Sequence record: ON286975
Length of the DNA: 64,000 nt
Strand: one strand, 5' to 3'
From: Escherichia phage I29
Each line of letters begins with the position of its first letter. The first letter of the stretch is position 1. Shown piece after piece: positions 9,490 to 19,262 of this stretch. The notes under the pieces were generated by a model. The model was not told where the DNA came from. It did not search any database and saw only the letters and a list, made by a program, of their open reading frames with translations. Both the position numbers and the translations under genes were made by a program.

Positions 9490-9752
9490 TGACCACGAAA
9501 ATCACTATTGCAGAACCGAAAGCTAACACTCAACCCATCGAAAAGTTTAAATGCGGTGAGGTGGTAACATTTACGCCAGATAATGAAGATGCTAAGATTT
9601 TCGCCATGGTCACAGCTGAGTGGATGTGTGACAACACCACACAGGTTCTGCGTTTTGACACCTACCTTACAGATGAAATCAGGAACGATAAGATCGTGAC
9701 TGGTGTAGATACTGAAATTATTTTCTACAAGAGCTTTTTAGAGGGTTTCTAA
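9489..9752 (+). CDS. hypothetical protein, 87 aa
   Basis: ORF with start overlapping upstream stop. Confidence 0.5.
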   Translation: MTTKITIAEPKANTQPIEKFKCGEVVTFTPDNEDAKIFAMVTAEWMCDNTTQVLRFDTYLTDEIRNDKIVTGVDTEIIFYKSFLEGF

Positions 9753-9753
9753 T

Positions 9754-9990
9754 ATGGCGAAAATTCGTAAATTATCCAACAATCAGGTTGTTAAAGATTT
9801 TGAACCCGGGGAGATTCTGTATGTTCGTGATGCAGATGACGAAGGAGAAGATCTTGTTATGCTGCTAGGACACGCTGCTGAGGACGGATGCATCCAGGCT
9901 GTTTTTCTTGAAACAGCTATGGTGCACTGGATAGAGCTGGACATGAAAGCACGAAAACCTAAAGCAGAAATCCTGATTTACGAAGATTAA
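9754..9990 (+). CDS. hypothetical protein, 78 aa
   Basis: ORF in plus-strand small-gene array. Confidence 0.5.
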   Translation: MAKIRKLSNNQVVKDFEPGEILYVRDADDEGEDLVMLLGHAAEDGCIQAVFLETAMVHWIELDMKARKPKAEILIYED

Positions 9991-10006
9991 CAAAAAGGAG
10001 AGAGCC

Positions 10007-10456
10007 GTGTTGAGCAAACGTGAATGCGACAGCATTAGCCTGAATTCTTATAAGAAACAATGGTTTGGGGTAGAAGTTTGCCGACTGCGGCTAGGCTCCT
10101 ACCTGAACTTCGTTTATTACGAGAGCGACAGTCGTATCGTTTCTTATGAAGTGTTCTACACTAAGAACACATTCGAACTGCGCCGTAAAGTAGAGGGAGG
10201 GAGAACTACCACCCAGAATAATTGGGAAACTATTCTGCCTCCAGATGTTATAGGAAGTCCCCTGAATGTATCTGAAGATGAAAATCTTATGGTTCATGCT
10301 ATGATGGGACTTGACAGCTTAGAGCTGGCGATCTATGATATGTCCATCGAAGCAGTTAAGCTGGACTACATCGAAAACACTTTAGAGGAAGGTATCAAGA
10401 AGTTTCTCAGTGAGAAATTAAAAGATCACTTTCATAAGGAGCTATACCTGTTATGA
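10007..10456 (+). CDS. hypothetical protein, 149 aa
   Basis: ORF in plus-strand small-gene array. Confidence 0.5.
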   Translation: MLSKRECDSISLNSYKKQWFGVEVCRLRLGSYLNFVYYESDSRIVSYEVFYTKNTFELRRKVEGGRTTTQNNWETILPPDVIGSPLNVSEDENLMVHAMMGLDSLELAIYDMSIEAVKLDYIENTLEEGIKKFLSEKLKDHFHKELYLL

Positions 10457-10698
10457 AGACCCGTAAAGAACGTAACAAAATTTTACCTGGGGCTCTCGAA
10501 CACCTGATGAAGTGCAGATCTATTTGGCACTCTGCCAAGGAAGGGCAGAAGGTGGTTGTGGTTAGTGACAATACCAACCCGTTTGGAGATTATACCACCA
10601 TGATGGCCCCATATGTCCGTGATGGCGTTGTGGAAGTGGTCCCTTACAACGGTCTGCATGAACGTCACTTTGAAAGCACTTTGCTAGTGGAGCTATAG
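10453..10698 (+). CDS. hypothetical protein, 81 aa
   Basis: ORF overlapping upstream stop by 4 nt. Confidence 0.5.
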   Translation: MKTRKERNKILPGALEHLMKCRSIWHSAKEGQKVVVVSDNTNPFGDYTTMMAPYVRDGVVEVVPYNGLHERHFESTLLVEL

Positions 10699-10700
10699 TC

Positions 10701-11267
10701 ATGGCGGTCAATGTGGCTTACAACACAGGAAAGCTTGACAGAGACATTGGGTGTCTTGTCCTTTCAGATACAGAAGAGTATTGGGGTCATGGGTTGCTGT
10801 CAGACCCACACCCGAGCAACCTTGTATCAACAGTGCTATACCGCTACGACCCTGTGCCAACGGTACACGACAAAGACATTCACGACCTTCGGATCAAGTG
10901 TCTGGAAGATCTGCTGAACAATGGTTGCAACGATCTGCGGGTAGCCAAAGAGAAGCTTACAAACATTCACAAAGAGGAAGTGATGAGCACCCTCAGTAAG
11001 AGATCAGTGCACAAAAAGATGATGCTGAACTTTGCAATGGGTATCTACATGGACGGGTATAAGGGAGGTGATCCGGTCCTCAAGCTTCGCTGCCCGACAC
11101 TGTGGGAAAGAGTGGTTGACAGTAAGGACGGCACTGCCCTGCTCGAACTCCACACCGCAGGTTGGATTTGGCGGTATGTAGACGGATACCCTCTGTGGGC
11201 ATGTGGGCCTGGGGAATTTGTTGACAGACCTAGCGCGGTAGTGGACTTGCTATTACAGTTTGAATAA
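10701..11267 (+). CDS. hypothetical protein, 188 aa
   Basis: ORF in plus-strand array; no motif recognised. Confidence 0.5.
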   Translation: MAVNVAYNTGKLDRDIGCLVLSDTEEYWGHGLLSDPHPSNLVSTVLYRYDPVPTVHDKDIHDLRIKCLEDLLNNGCNDLRVAKEKLTNIHKEEVMSTLSKRSVHKKMMLNFAMGIYMDGYKGGDPVLKLRCPTLWERVVDSKDGTALLELHTAGWIWRYVDGYPLWACGPGEFVDRPSAVVDLLLQFE

Positions 11268-11326
11268 AAGGTGAGTTATAAGGTATTCATGCACCTACCA
11301 ACAACAATACAACAGGAGAGACTGAG

Positions 11327-11602
11327 ATGACGAAAGAAGAGGCCGACGTATTAGATTTTGCACTAGAGGCTACGCAGGAGGCTTTGGTGTTAGCTTGGAA
11401 AATGAACCAGCGTGCTGCAGAATGCAACCGCCGCATCAATGAGATTCTGGGCATGTCTATGTATGATTTTACCATGCATGCCGGAGAGATTCCTGAATTA
11501 ACTGCAGAGATGAATGATCTTGACAATAAAATTAATATCATTCTGAAGACAGCAGAAACAACTCACCAAACCGCCCGTAAATTTATCAACGAGAAGGTGT
11601 GA
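11327..11602 (+). CDS. hypothetical protein, 91 aa
   Basis: ORF in plus-strand array. Confidence 0.5.
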   Translation: MTKEEADVLDFALEATQEALVLAWKMNQRAAECNRRINEILGMSMYDFTMHAGEIPELTAEMNDLDNKINIILKTAETTHQTARKFINEKV

Positions 11603-12069
11603 ATATGGACTACAGCTACTGCGGGGAAGAAGTTCCTTTTAACTACAGCAATCTTACCACGAGCAATCCATATGAGACTCGCCACGGCACGCACATCATC
11701 GCCATTGACTTTGATGGAACGTTTAATGCGAGCCCTTTCATCTTCTCCCGCCTGATCAGGGATCTGAAGAAAGAGGGGTGGACAGTCTACCTTGTGACTT
11801 TCCGATTCATTACTCAAGACAATGTAGACATCGAGTATTGGCGCAAGGAGCTCAATGTTGGTGTGTTTTATACTGGTGGTGTTCAGAAGGCAGCCTATCT
11901 GGCGCAGTTTGATATCTACCCAGATATCTGGATTGATGATTCTCCGGCATGTATCCCGGCTAAGAATCAGTTAGAGTTTGCAATGAAGGAGATCGAGTAT
12001 AAGTCTGAGGCTAAGCGGAACGGATGGCCCTTTATTATTGAAGATTACCCAGATCCTGAACCGGAGTAA
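11599..12069 (+). CDS. HAD-superfamily phosphatase-like protein
   Basis: DxDGT motif (IIAIDFDGTF) near N-terminus and DD motif (IWIDDSP), typical of HAD phosphatases. Confidence 0.55.
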   Translation: MNMDYSYCGEEVPFNYSNLTTSNPYETRHGTHIIAIDFDGTFNASPFIFSRLIRDLKKEGWTVYLVTFRFITQDNVDIEYWRKELNVGVFYTGGVQKAAYLAQFDIYPDIWIDDSPACIPAKNQLEFAMKEIEYKSEAKRNGWPFIIEDYPDPEPE

Positions 12070-12074
12070 GAGCC

Positions 12075-12245
12075 ATGAGGCGAAGATATCATTACCTGAT
12101 GTGGAAGTTATATCAAAATGCTGCCAAAGCCTATCATACCATGTTTGGCAATGACGATCACTACATCATGCTACATCTCACCGCTATTGAGCATCACAAT
12201 GAGTGGATTCATGCAATCGTGGCAGGTGATAAAGACTTTAAGTAA
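12075..12245 (+). CDS. possible small protein, 56 aa
   Basis: ATG 12075 with GGAG 8 nt upstream; His-rich; below the ORF-track length cut-off. Confidence 0.3.
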   Translation: MRRRYHYLMWKLYQNAAKAYHTMFGNDDHYIMLHLTAIEHHNEWIHAIVAGDKDFK

Positions 12246-12370
12246 GATATGACTTAAAACGCAACGAGCCCCTGCAGCGCACTTAACTCACCGCAGGTAT
12301 AAGATTGCATTGCTAGGTAGTTTTGTGCGTCATTTTTAGTTACATAGCTTTCTAGACAGAGACTGATTAA

Positions 12371-12751
12371 ATGTGCAAGTGTAAATCCTATAATTGGAAA
12401 GTGAAAGGTGCCAAGCATCCAAATGTTATCGTTGATGTGCCTAAAAAGCTCCGTGACGGCAAAAAACGTGTGTGCCTTGATAAGTGCATGGTTAAGCCTA
12501 TTATGAGTCTATGGGCAGCAGGATTGAAAACTCTAAACTGCTGCTGTGGTCACAACAAAGATGTTCCAAGCATCATTATCCCAGAAGATGCAGACCCTAA
12601 AGCTTATGCCAAAATACTGACCCGCTACCCAAGCACCTTTCTGATCGGAAAATGGTGTCACGATGAACTTCAATGGTGGATAGCGTACGGTAGTGTAGGT
12701 GCTGCTTTTGGCTTCCCAGCTTTGTCAGAGCGCTACGTCAAAGCGTCATAA
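12371..12751 (+). CDS. Cys-rich hypothetical protein, 126 aa
   Basis: ORF with clustered Cys (CKCK, CLDKC, CCCGHNK). Confidence 0.5.
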   Translation: MCKCKSYNWKVKGAKHPNVIVDVPKKLRDGKKRVCLDKCMVKPIMSLWAAGLKTLNCCCGHNKDVPSIIIPEDADPKAYAKILTRYPSTFLIGKWCHDELQWWIAYGSVGAAFGFPALSERYVKAS

Positions 12752-12760
12752 TCTGTTTTA

Positions 12761-12778
12761 AGGCCTCAAACGAGGCCT
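12761..12778 (+). promoter_or_regulatory. RNA hairpin AGGCCUC-AAAC-GAGGCCU
   Basis: 7-bp stem 10 nt after stop at 12751; no U-tract, so more likely a processing or stability element than an intrinsic terminator. Confidence 0.35.
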
Positions 12779-12876
12779 GTGCCTTCATAAATTGCCCTAC
12801 CTTATGTGATTACCCTCCTGAACAAAATACCTCCCCAAAATCGTTTAAAATTAAGCTTGACCCCAACATCAGATCT

Positions 12877-13323
12877 ATGTATGATTATCTCACCAACCAA
12901 ACAGGGGAGATCGTCATGGATAATCTTGCAAATGTGAACGTCGAAATTGTTAAACTAAAGTTTTTGGGATTTCGAGACCCTAATTCTTTAACAGCTATAC
13001 TAATGGATACCCACTTCACGCCAGGGAAAGAGTACACCGCCTTCCGTTATATTTGTGGAGATCACGAATCAGCTTATAGTGTGAATACAAACCTCGGCGA
13101 GGGATATTTCATCAGAGATATCACAGATCACTTATGGGGAATGTGGGAGTTGGTGGAAGAAGAGAATAAATCCCTTCCTAAAGAGATTTGGGTGCACACC
13201 TTCCACACAGGTAAGTTTGGAGGTACGGAACATAAGTCTATCCACTATGATGAAGAAAGTGCCATCAAACAACAAGCTGTGCTTGGTGGATCTGTAGAAA
13301 AATTTGTTAAATGCGAGGACTGA
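12877..13323 (+). CDS. hypothetical protein, 148 aa
   Basis: ORF in plus-strand array. Confidence 0.5.
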   Translation: MYDYLTNQTGEIVMDNLANVNVEIVKLKFLGFRDPNSLTAILMDTHFTPGKEYTAFRYICGDHESAYSVNTNLGEGYFIRDITDHLWGMWELVEEENKSLPKEIWVHTFHTGKFGGTEHKSIHYDEESAIKQQAVLGGSVEKFVKCED

Positions 13324-13326
13324 TAA

Positions 13327-13527
13327 ATGGCTGATTTTTGTAAAGATTGCTCTGAAGAGTTGTTTGGCTTTGACTGCAAAGATTTGGAAGGTCTGATCAC
13401 TGAGGATCAGTGGAAGGAAGGCTATGCAGCACCTGTTATTTGTGAAGGTTGTGGCTATACCTATGTTGACCATAAAGGTAAGCGCGTCAAGCCGTCTGAA
13501 GATGGGGCATGTTGGGAGTATTACTAA
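13327..13527 (+). CDS. small zinc-ribbon-like protein, 66 aa
   Basis: Two Cys pairs (CKDC ... CEGC) in a 66-aa ORF. Confidence 0.45.
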   Translation: MADFCKDCSEELFGFDCKDLEGLITEDQWKEGYAAPVICEGCGYTYVDHKGKRVKPSEDGACWEYY

Positions 13528-13540
13528 CTATAAAAAGAAA

Positions 13541-13565
13541 GGGGCCAAACGGCCCCTTTTTTATT
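13541..13565. terminator. bidirectional intrinsic terminator
   Basis: GGGGCC-AAAC-GGCCCC hairpin flanked by A-run upstream and T-run downstream, between convergent gene ends 13527 (+) and 13576 (-). Confidence 0.7.
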
Positions 13566-13575
13566 TACCCCCTTG

Positions 13576-16500
13576 TTAACGAGAAAAGGTTGCGTAGGCT
13601 TCTAGACGATACTGCTGGTCACCAGGGAACATAACACCTATAGAGGCTGTCCCTAGAATCCTGCCTTCCTTTCCAGACTCCATTCTGAACCCTACCCATC
13701 CTGAACTCCTTGCAGCCTCGATGTTGTCGCTATACCCGAAAGTGGCAAGATCGTCAACACCAGCCCCAAACAGCAACTGAAGCTGACTTCTAGGAAGCCC
13801 TATAATTTCAGGAATATACGCACCAAAGTACACCATCTGCCCTACCTTAGGACCGCTGCCGTACTCCATCGGTTTGCTTGTAGAGAAAGTCTTCATACCA
13901 GAAGTACCTGCCGGATTAGGGTATGCCCCGTTTGTTGCTGTACCTATCCACATTCTCCACTGTGGTGCCATCTGTTTGACAGTAAAAGATGTTGAAGACG
14001 TTTTGCGCCCTGCATCATCAGTAACTACAAACTTTATGGTGACATTCCCAGTAGCTTTAAATGTTACCAGCCCTGTGGCAGCATCCACTGTTGCAATGTT
14101 GGTATTACTACTTTCCCAAGTCTTTCTAATACCGGATACGTTGGAAGGGGTAATAGAAGGTTCCTGCATCTGCAGTTTACCACCCACAATCCCTATGCCG
14201 TTACCTGGATTATACAGCACACCAACCTCGTCTACAATGTTCCCTGCTTTGAGACTATACTTCCTTGAGAAGTTGTAGGTTCCGTTATAAGTGTGTGTCC
14301 CTGAGAAGGTGACATCTGCCTTCCCGTAAGAGATGCAAACCAAAGCATACTTCCTGTCAGGCAACGTTTCTCCAGTCTCTGGGTGAGTTTTACCCACCTG
14401 GAACACGCTCGGGTCAGTAGAGTCGTGACTATCGCTAATGGAGCTTGGACCGCCCATCAACTGTGACAAACAATTCCTTACCCATGTCCAGTTATTATCA
14501 CTGGAGAAGTCCACAGTCAAATCAAACACAACCCACTCATTCGGCTTCCACACAGGTGTTGCAATGGACTTGCCTGCACCGCCTCCTTGGAGTGTTGCCG
14601 ACTGTTCGGTGATCAGGGCCGCATAGGCCAGAGTCCCTAAACTCAGAGTCTGGCTTGCTGTCCTTACTACCTTAGAATCAGCATCTGTGAAGTTGTTGAT
14701 GATTTGGAATGTGCCATAAGTGTTTTTACAGGTAATTCTGGCGTTCAGTGTGTCAATCTTCCTCACATCTGCCATAGCAGTGTTAGACACAGAGAAGTCA
14801 GAAGCTTTAGCTGAGTTTGCCGCAACAGCAGGATCAACGTTAAGAGTTGCGTTGAACTGACAGGCAGGGGTAACCAGCAGCTTGTTATCACCTATTTGCT
14901 TCCATGAAACACTTTGAACAGGGAGATTCCATTTAATACCTGAGAAAACCTTAGCAACCCTTGGCCCCAAAGCTCCAGTCCTGTTGTCTTTACAGCACAT
15001 AGACATGGTGATCGTTGACGGAGTGGCCTGACCAAATAATTGCTGTGCTTTTGCAGAGGACATGGTGTAGAAATTGTCCTTAACAAACTCATCAGCGGCT
15101 AAAGATCCATCAGCCCTCCACCACTGGACCTGATACCCTGTTTTATCCCAGCCTCCAACCTGCTTCAAGTCCTCCCAAGAGATTTCCAGATCCCCCGTGG
15201 TAGGGTTGATTGCAGCAGTTCCTGGTGTACCGGATGACCACAATGGGATATCAAACCACGCAGGTTTAACAGATTGCACTGCATTAGGACCTATTGCAGC
15301 AGCAAGTTGTTGACCCATCAGCACGCGAGCATCTTTCACCAGGCCCCATTCTATCATAGACCCAGAGTAACCTTCTTTCTTGTAGGCAGAGGATCCGTTC
15401 AAATGGATGAGCCTGCTGCAGTCGAAGCCATACGCTCCACCACCGTTAGGATCTGCAAAGTTGGTTATGATTCTATCCCTAATATTTTTCCATGCCCTAC
15501 CTCCAATCTCGTAGTCATGGTCATAACATCTTTGCAACGTTGTCCAGCAAATGATTGCCATTCTTCTGCCGCCTGTGAACCCGAAAGCGCCGTCATTCAG
15601 CTCTTTCCACAGGTAACAGTTGGTTGTCCACATAGCCCTGTGGATATTGAACCAGTTTATAGATTTGGCTGAGTTGTTCCACTGAGTCCCAGGTAATTCA
15701 GGCCACACTGCATTGACTAGCATGTCCTCTGTACCGGCATCCATTAAGAAGCCTCTTACCTTCTTGCCCATACCTACCCTGTCTTTAGCAATCCAATTGC
15801 CAAACAGTCTCAGTTTTGGACCATAAACAACATCCTCTGGGTGCTCAAAAGAGACATACTTTAAGTAGATTGTTGGGTCACCGTAGGTGCCATCACAAAC
15901 ACTTTTGTGCATGTTTTCGCCAAGGTCTAGACGAAGCCCCGTCACTACTTTAGACGTGTCGGTGAATTTGTCTGTTAAGTCAAATTCATACCACCACCAC
16001 CCACCACCTAGCATAAATTTCTTGCATCGCACAGCGTCTGTGTCAGATATTCTCTTATCCCCTGCAAAAGGTGAATCAGCAAACTGATAGTGCAGAGCAG
16101 TCTCAAATAGGTGGGTGGAAGTTCCGTTCTCTGCAAGAACTTGCTTACCTATCAGATCGCACTTAATGATCATCACAACACGCTTGTATCCGTTTGTTAC
16201 CGGAACTTGCATAGATATGGATGTTCCATCCATGTTCGATCTTAGATCACTCATGATGATATAGGGGTCGACAGCGTTGCCTAAAGTTTCAGGCCCTGGA
16301 ATTATCTTGTATTTCTTGACCTGGCCCATAAATCTGTCACTGGCGTAAGTTGCAGCCTCAAAACAAGAGCCACCACCAGGTAATTCTCCAGGTCCCCAGA
16401 AAAATGCCCCATAGCAGTTATAGAACCACTTATTAGGGTCGTATTTGTTCTTGAAGGTCTGGACCTCGTTGGCCTGTTTTGTCAAGAAAACCTGCGTATC

Positions 16501-19212
16501 TGTAAAGATTGCAGGATTTACCCTTGCCTGACGCGGAGGGTAACCTGTAGTTTGGTTAAACCACAAATTACAAGAGTAATCCCTCATATAGTCATAATCA
16601 GAGTATTTGTTTACATCTTCGTTCCAACACATGTTTAGGTTGGTACCGCCCATGCATACAATATATTCTGCGACATACTTATCACTTCTGGTAGGAATAC
16701 CTATGAACCATCTGTTAACAGGCTCATCCCAAGCTGTGCGCTCATCTTTAACGCAGATAGCAATCCAGTCATGTGTTCCTGTTTTCTTGCACACATCTCG
16801 CTTCATACCGTAGTAGAACTCTTTAGTATTCGGCTCAGGTGCATTTATCAGATAACTCCATGCCTGATTTGCATAAGTCCCATTGGTGCGCGGATCATGA
16901 TCAAAGGCATACATGATGATCCTTTCCCCACCAAGATGTTCGCCAAGAGTAACTTTGACATTCACATCGCCGTAACCGTTGCGAACAACATCTATGTTGT
17001 CAATAGAGATGCCCCTAGGGGTGTAGGCAATTTTCAGGGAGTTATCCTCACTAGTGCCACCAAGGGTGATCCCTATGTTGTTTGTTGTCCCGTCGGCATA
17101 TCTTACTGTGGCTTCCCAGCGTATTCCGAAATATCCTGCATCATGGCTAACAATTTTCAGTGTACGAGCACCAGAGTTAGGTTTTCCAGGATCAGGCCAA
17201 GGATCTGGATGTTCATGGACAGTCAACGATGTCCCGTTTTGCTCGTTGACCTGCAACATTTTACCGCCTCTGCCGTTAGGGTTGAACTCCCACAAGGCTT
17301 GTGTTTTCACAACATTGTCATACGTGGTACGTCTCTGATCGTAGATCTCCTGAGTCACATCGTAGGTTACAGACCCGGCATCCATTCTATGGAGTCGTAC
17401 TATATACGATGTATCGCCTTCTACAGCAGGTTGAGCTGCGTTAAGCCCGAAGTATACAGTATCGTTGACATGGAACTGTTTGTTTCTACCGACAGTATGC
17501 CACTTGCCGTTGGACGGATACGCAGGAACTATGGTGTTCCAGTTCAAAGTCCTTGTCGTATGGGTTCTGCCTGTGCCATGCTTGTCATGATAGGTTATTT
17601 TTACAGAGTACAGGCCACGTCTGTTAACATTTCTGTTATACTGGGTAACAACAACTTCGTTGGCCCCGCCGTGGTTCCAGTTGGTGGAGAATTGGTAATT
17701 TGCATCTGTAACAACCGTACCTGCAGCATTTACCAGTTCAATCTTGTCAATAATGAACGTAGCCCCCTCTGGCTGAGGCTTCAACTTCATCTTGACCGTG
17801 TCACCAATGTAAATATTGCTAACGCTGCTAACACCGTTAACGTCGAAAATATCCTCAACACCCCAACTGTCTACCGGGACATTTTTATACCAATTCTCAG
17901 GAACCTCTGTGAACCCCTGGCTATTAAGTCTGCCTCCAAACAGGTTGTTAGAGCCTGCAAAACTTCCCCTTGGGATGCCTGACCACCAAAGTTTACCATT
18001 AACAACAGTAAAGGTCCCTAAGAAACCTTCTCTATGGATGCCTTGGAAATAAACACTCTCTGTCCAGCTAACTGGCAGGCGTTGCTCAACATATTTAGCT
18101 GTAGCAAGAGCTTGATAGTGGATAAAATCGGACCTAGGACTATTGTTTGCAGATTGTGCACCAATATCATTACACAAGTTGCGAGAGAATCCACGATACT
18201 GCTTGGTGCCATTATTGAAGAAAATGCCACTTGTGCCGTACCCACGAGCCATTATTACCTCATGGGTGTAGGTGATATTCAGTTCCCGCCATGTATCATC
18301 TCCCCAAATGTTTTGACCATAAAATACGTTAACAAGCTGCTGGTCATCGGGTCTATGCATCCTCTGTGTGGCAATTATTGCCCCGTTAGGACCGCACATA
18401 AACCCTTTCCACTCCTCATCTGCAGGAATGCCCCTCAAATCGTTACGAGTAATCTGCACAGGAGGCCAAACAAGGTCGTTTCTACTGTTATTTCTCAGAA
18501 AGTCGTATCCAGCAATCCAGAAACCTCTAGGACCACCGAAAATAACAGAGTTGTCATGCACCTCGCAGTTGATGCTTGGGTTTTTCCAAGGACCTGTTTC
18601 AGGATTTTCCGATGTCTCACCAATCTTTACAGGGGTTGCATGCTGATTTTTGTCAACATGAAGAGAGCCGTAAGTATTATTGCCAGAGCCGTACAGGTGA
18701 AGCATACCATCAGCCTCTGGTGCAGCAATTACCCACACTGTATTGTTTACGCCACCCATTACTTCAACAAGTCTCTCAGGATGGGTGTCCAAATGCAACC
18801 CTGTTACGATCTGTTCCGGCAAAGGTGTCCACTCTCTGACACAAACATCGTTTCCACCTGCTGCCTCCGATCCGATAAGACCAGCTGTGCAACCAATATA
18901 GAAAAATTTATTATCGAATGTGCGGATTACAAATGCACGGTCAGCTCTCCAAACATGGTCTACGTTCCAAGCTGCCTCATTAGGATAGTTTATTGTATCA
19001 AGATCTCCAGTCCGACACTCTCCGAACCTATTATAGCCAGTAATATTAAGCTGACCATCATCAAAAAGTATAGCTAAGCTATTTACATAGGATACTGTGT
19101 TGCTTGTACCATCACTGTTGTCTATTGGGTATGACAGAACAGCAAGTTCCTTAATTCCACCCCTCTTATCGAGGAAATGACGACCAAGTTTTAGCAAAGG
19201 GATTGGAAGCAT
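13576..19212 (-). CDS. giant virion-associated protein, 1878 aa (fibre/adhesin-like)
   Basis: Uninterrupted 5.6-kb ORF at distal end of the fibre block; N-terminal Gly-rich repeat segments of propeller type (LYGSGNNTYGSL); C-proximal Ig-like segment. Confidence 0.55.
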   Translation of the reverse strand: MLPIPLLKLGRHFLDKRGGIKELAVLSYPIDNSDGTSNTVSYVNSLAILFDDGQLNITGYNRFGECRTGDLDTINYPNEAAWNVDHVWRADRAFVIRTFDNKFFYIGCTAGLIGSEAAGGNDVCVREWTPLPEQIVTGLHLDTHPERLVEVMGGVNNTVWVIAAPEADGMLHLYGSGNNTYGSLHVDKNQHATPVKIGETSENPETGPWKNPSINCEVHDNSVIFGGPRGFWIAGYDFLRNNSRNDLVWPPVQITRNDLRGIPADEEWKGFMCGPNGAIIATQRMHRPDDQQLVNVFYGQNIWGDDTWRELNITYTHEVIMARGYGTSGIFFNNGTKQYRGFSRNLCNDIGAQSANNSPRSDFIHYQALATAKYVEQRLPVSWTESVYFQGIHREGFLGTFTVVNGKLWWSGIPRGSFAGSNNLFGGRLNSQGFTEVPENWYKNVPVDSWGVEDIFDVNGVSSVSNIYIGDTVKMKLKPQPEGATFIIDKIELVNAAGTVVTDANYQFSTNWNHGGANEVVVTQYNRNVNRRGLYSVKITYHDKHGTGRTHTTRTLNWNTIVPAYPSNGKWHTVGRNKQFHVNDTVYFGLNAAQPAVEGDTSYIVRLHRMDAGSVTYDVTQEIYDQRRTTYDNVVKTQALWEFNPNGRGGKMLQVNEQNGTSLTVHEHPDPWPDPGKPNSGARTLKIVSHDAGYFGIRWEATVRYADGTTNNIGITLGGTSEDNSLKIAYTPRGISIDNIDVVRNGYGDVNVKVTLGEHLGGERIIMYAFDHDPRTNGTYANQAWSYLINAPEPNTKEFYYGMKRDVCKKTGTHDWIAICVKDERTAWDEPVNRWFIGIPTRSDKYVAEYIVCMGGTNLNMCWNEDVNKYSDYDYMRDYSCNLWFNQTTGYPPRQARVNPAIFTDTQVFLTKQANEVQTFKNKYDPNKWFYNCYGAFFWGPGELPGGGSCFEAATYASDRFMGQVKKYKIIPGPETLGNAVDPYIIMSDLRSNMDGTSISMQVPVTNGYKRVVMIIKCDLIGKQVLAENGTSTHLFETALHYQFADSPFAGDKRISDTDAVRCKKFMLGGGWWWYEFDLTDKFTDTSKVVTGLRLDLGENMHKSVCDGTYGDPTIYLKYVSFEHPEDVVYGPKLRLFGNWIAKDRVGMGKKVRGFLMDAGTEDMLVNAVWPELPGTQWNNSAKSINWFNIHRAMWTTNCYLWKELNDGAFGFTGGRRMAIICWTTLQRCYDHDYEIGGRAWKNIRDRIITNFADPNGGGAYGFDCSRLIHLNGSSAYKKEGYSGSMIEWGLVKDARVLMGQQLAAAIGPNAVQSVKPAWFDIPLWSSGTPGTAAINPTTGDLEISWEDLKQVGGWDKTGYQVQWWRADGSLAADEFVKDNFYTMSSAKAQQLFGQATPSTITMSMCCKDNRTGALGPRVAKVFSGIKWNLPVQSVSWKQIGDNKLLVTPACQFNATLNVDPAVAANSAKASDFSVSNTAMADVRKIDTLNARITCKNTYGTFQIINNFTDADSKVVRTASQTLSLGTLAYAALITEQSATLQGGGAGKSIATPVWKPNEWVVFDLTVDFSSDNNWTWVRNCLSQLMGGPSSISDSHDSTDPSVFQVGKTHPETGETLPDRKYALVCISYGKADVTFSGTHTYNGTYNFSRKYSLKAGNIVDEVGVLYNPGNGIGIVGGKLQMQEPSITPSNVSGIRKTWESSNTNIATVDAATGLVTFKATGNVTIKFVVTDDAGRKTSSTSFTVKQMAPQWRMWIGTATNGAYPNPAGTSGMKTFSTSKPMEYGSGPKVGQMVYFGAYIPEIIGLPRSQLQLLFGAGVDDLATFGYSDNIEAARSSGWVGFRMESGKEGRILGTASIGVMFPGDQQYRLEAYATFSR

Positions 19213-19220
19213 TGTGTTCT

Positions 19221-19253
19221 CCAGATAAGAAAACCGCCCCGTCAGGAGCGGTT
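19221..19253 (-). terminator. intrinsic terminator-like hairpin
   Basis: Minus-strand AACCGC...GCGGUU stem followed by UUUCUUAU, between the 581-aa gene and the giant gene. Confidence 0.45.
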
Positions 19254-19262
19254 AGATATATA

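Noticed and set aside
16771-19077. Long plus-strand ORFs (403 aa at 16771..17982 and 347 aa at 18034..19077) antisense to the giant gene
   Set aside because: Fully embedded antisense to a well-supported 1878-aa gene; Cys/Ser/Arg-rich composition unlike real proteins; no SD or promoter context. Treated as spurious.
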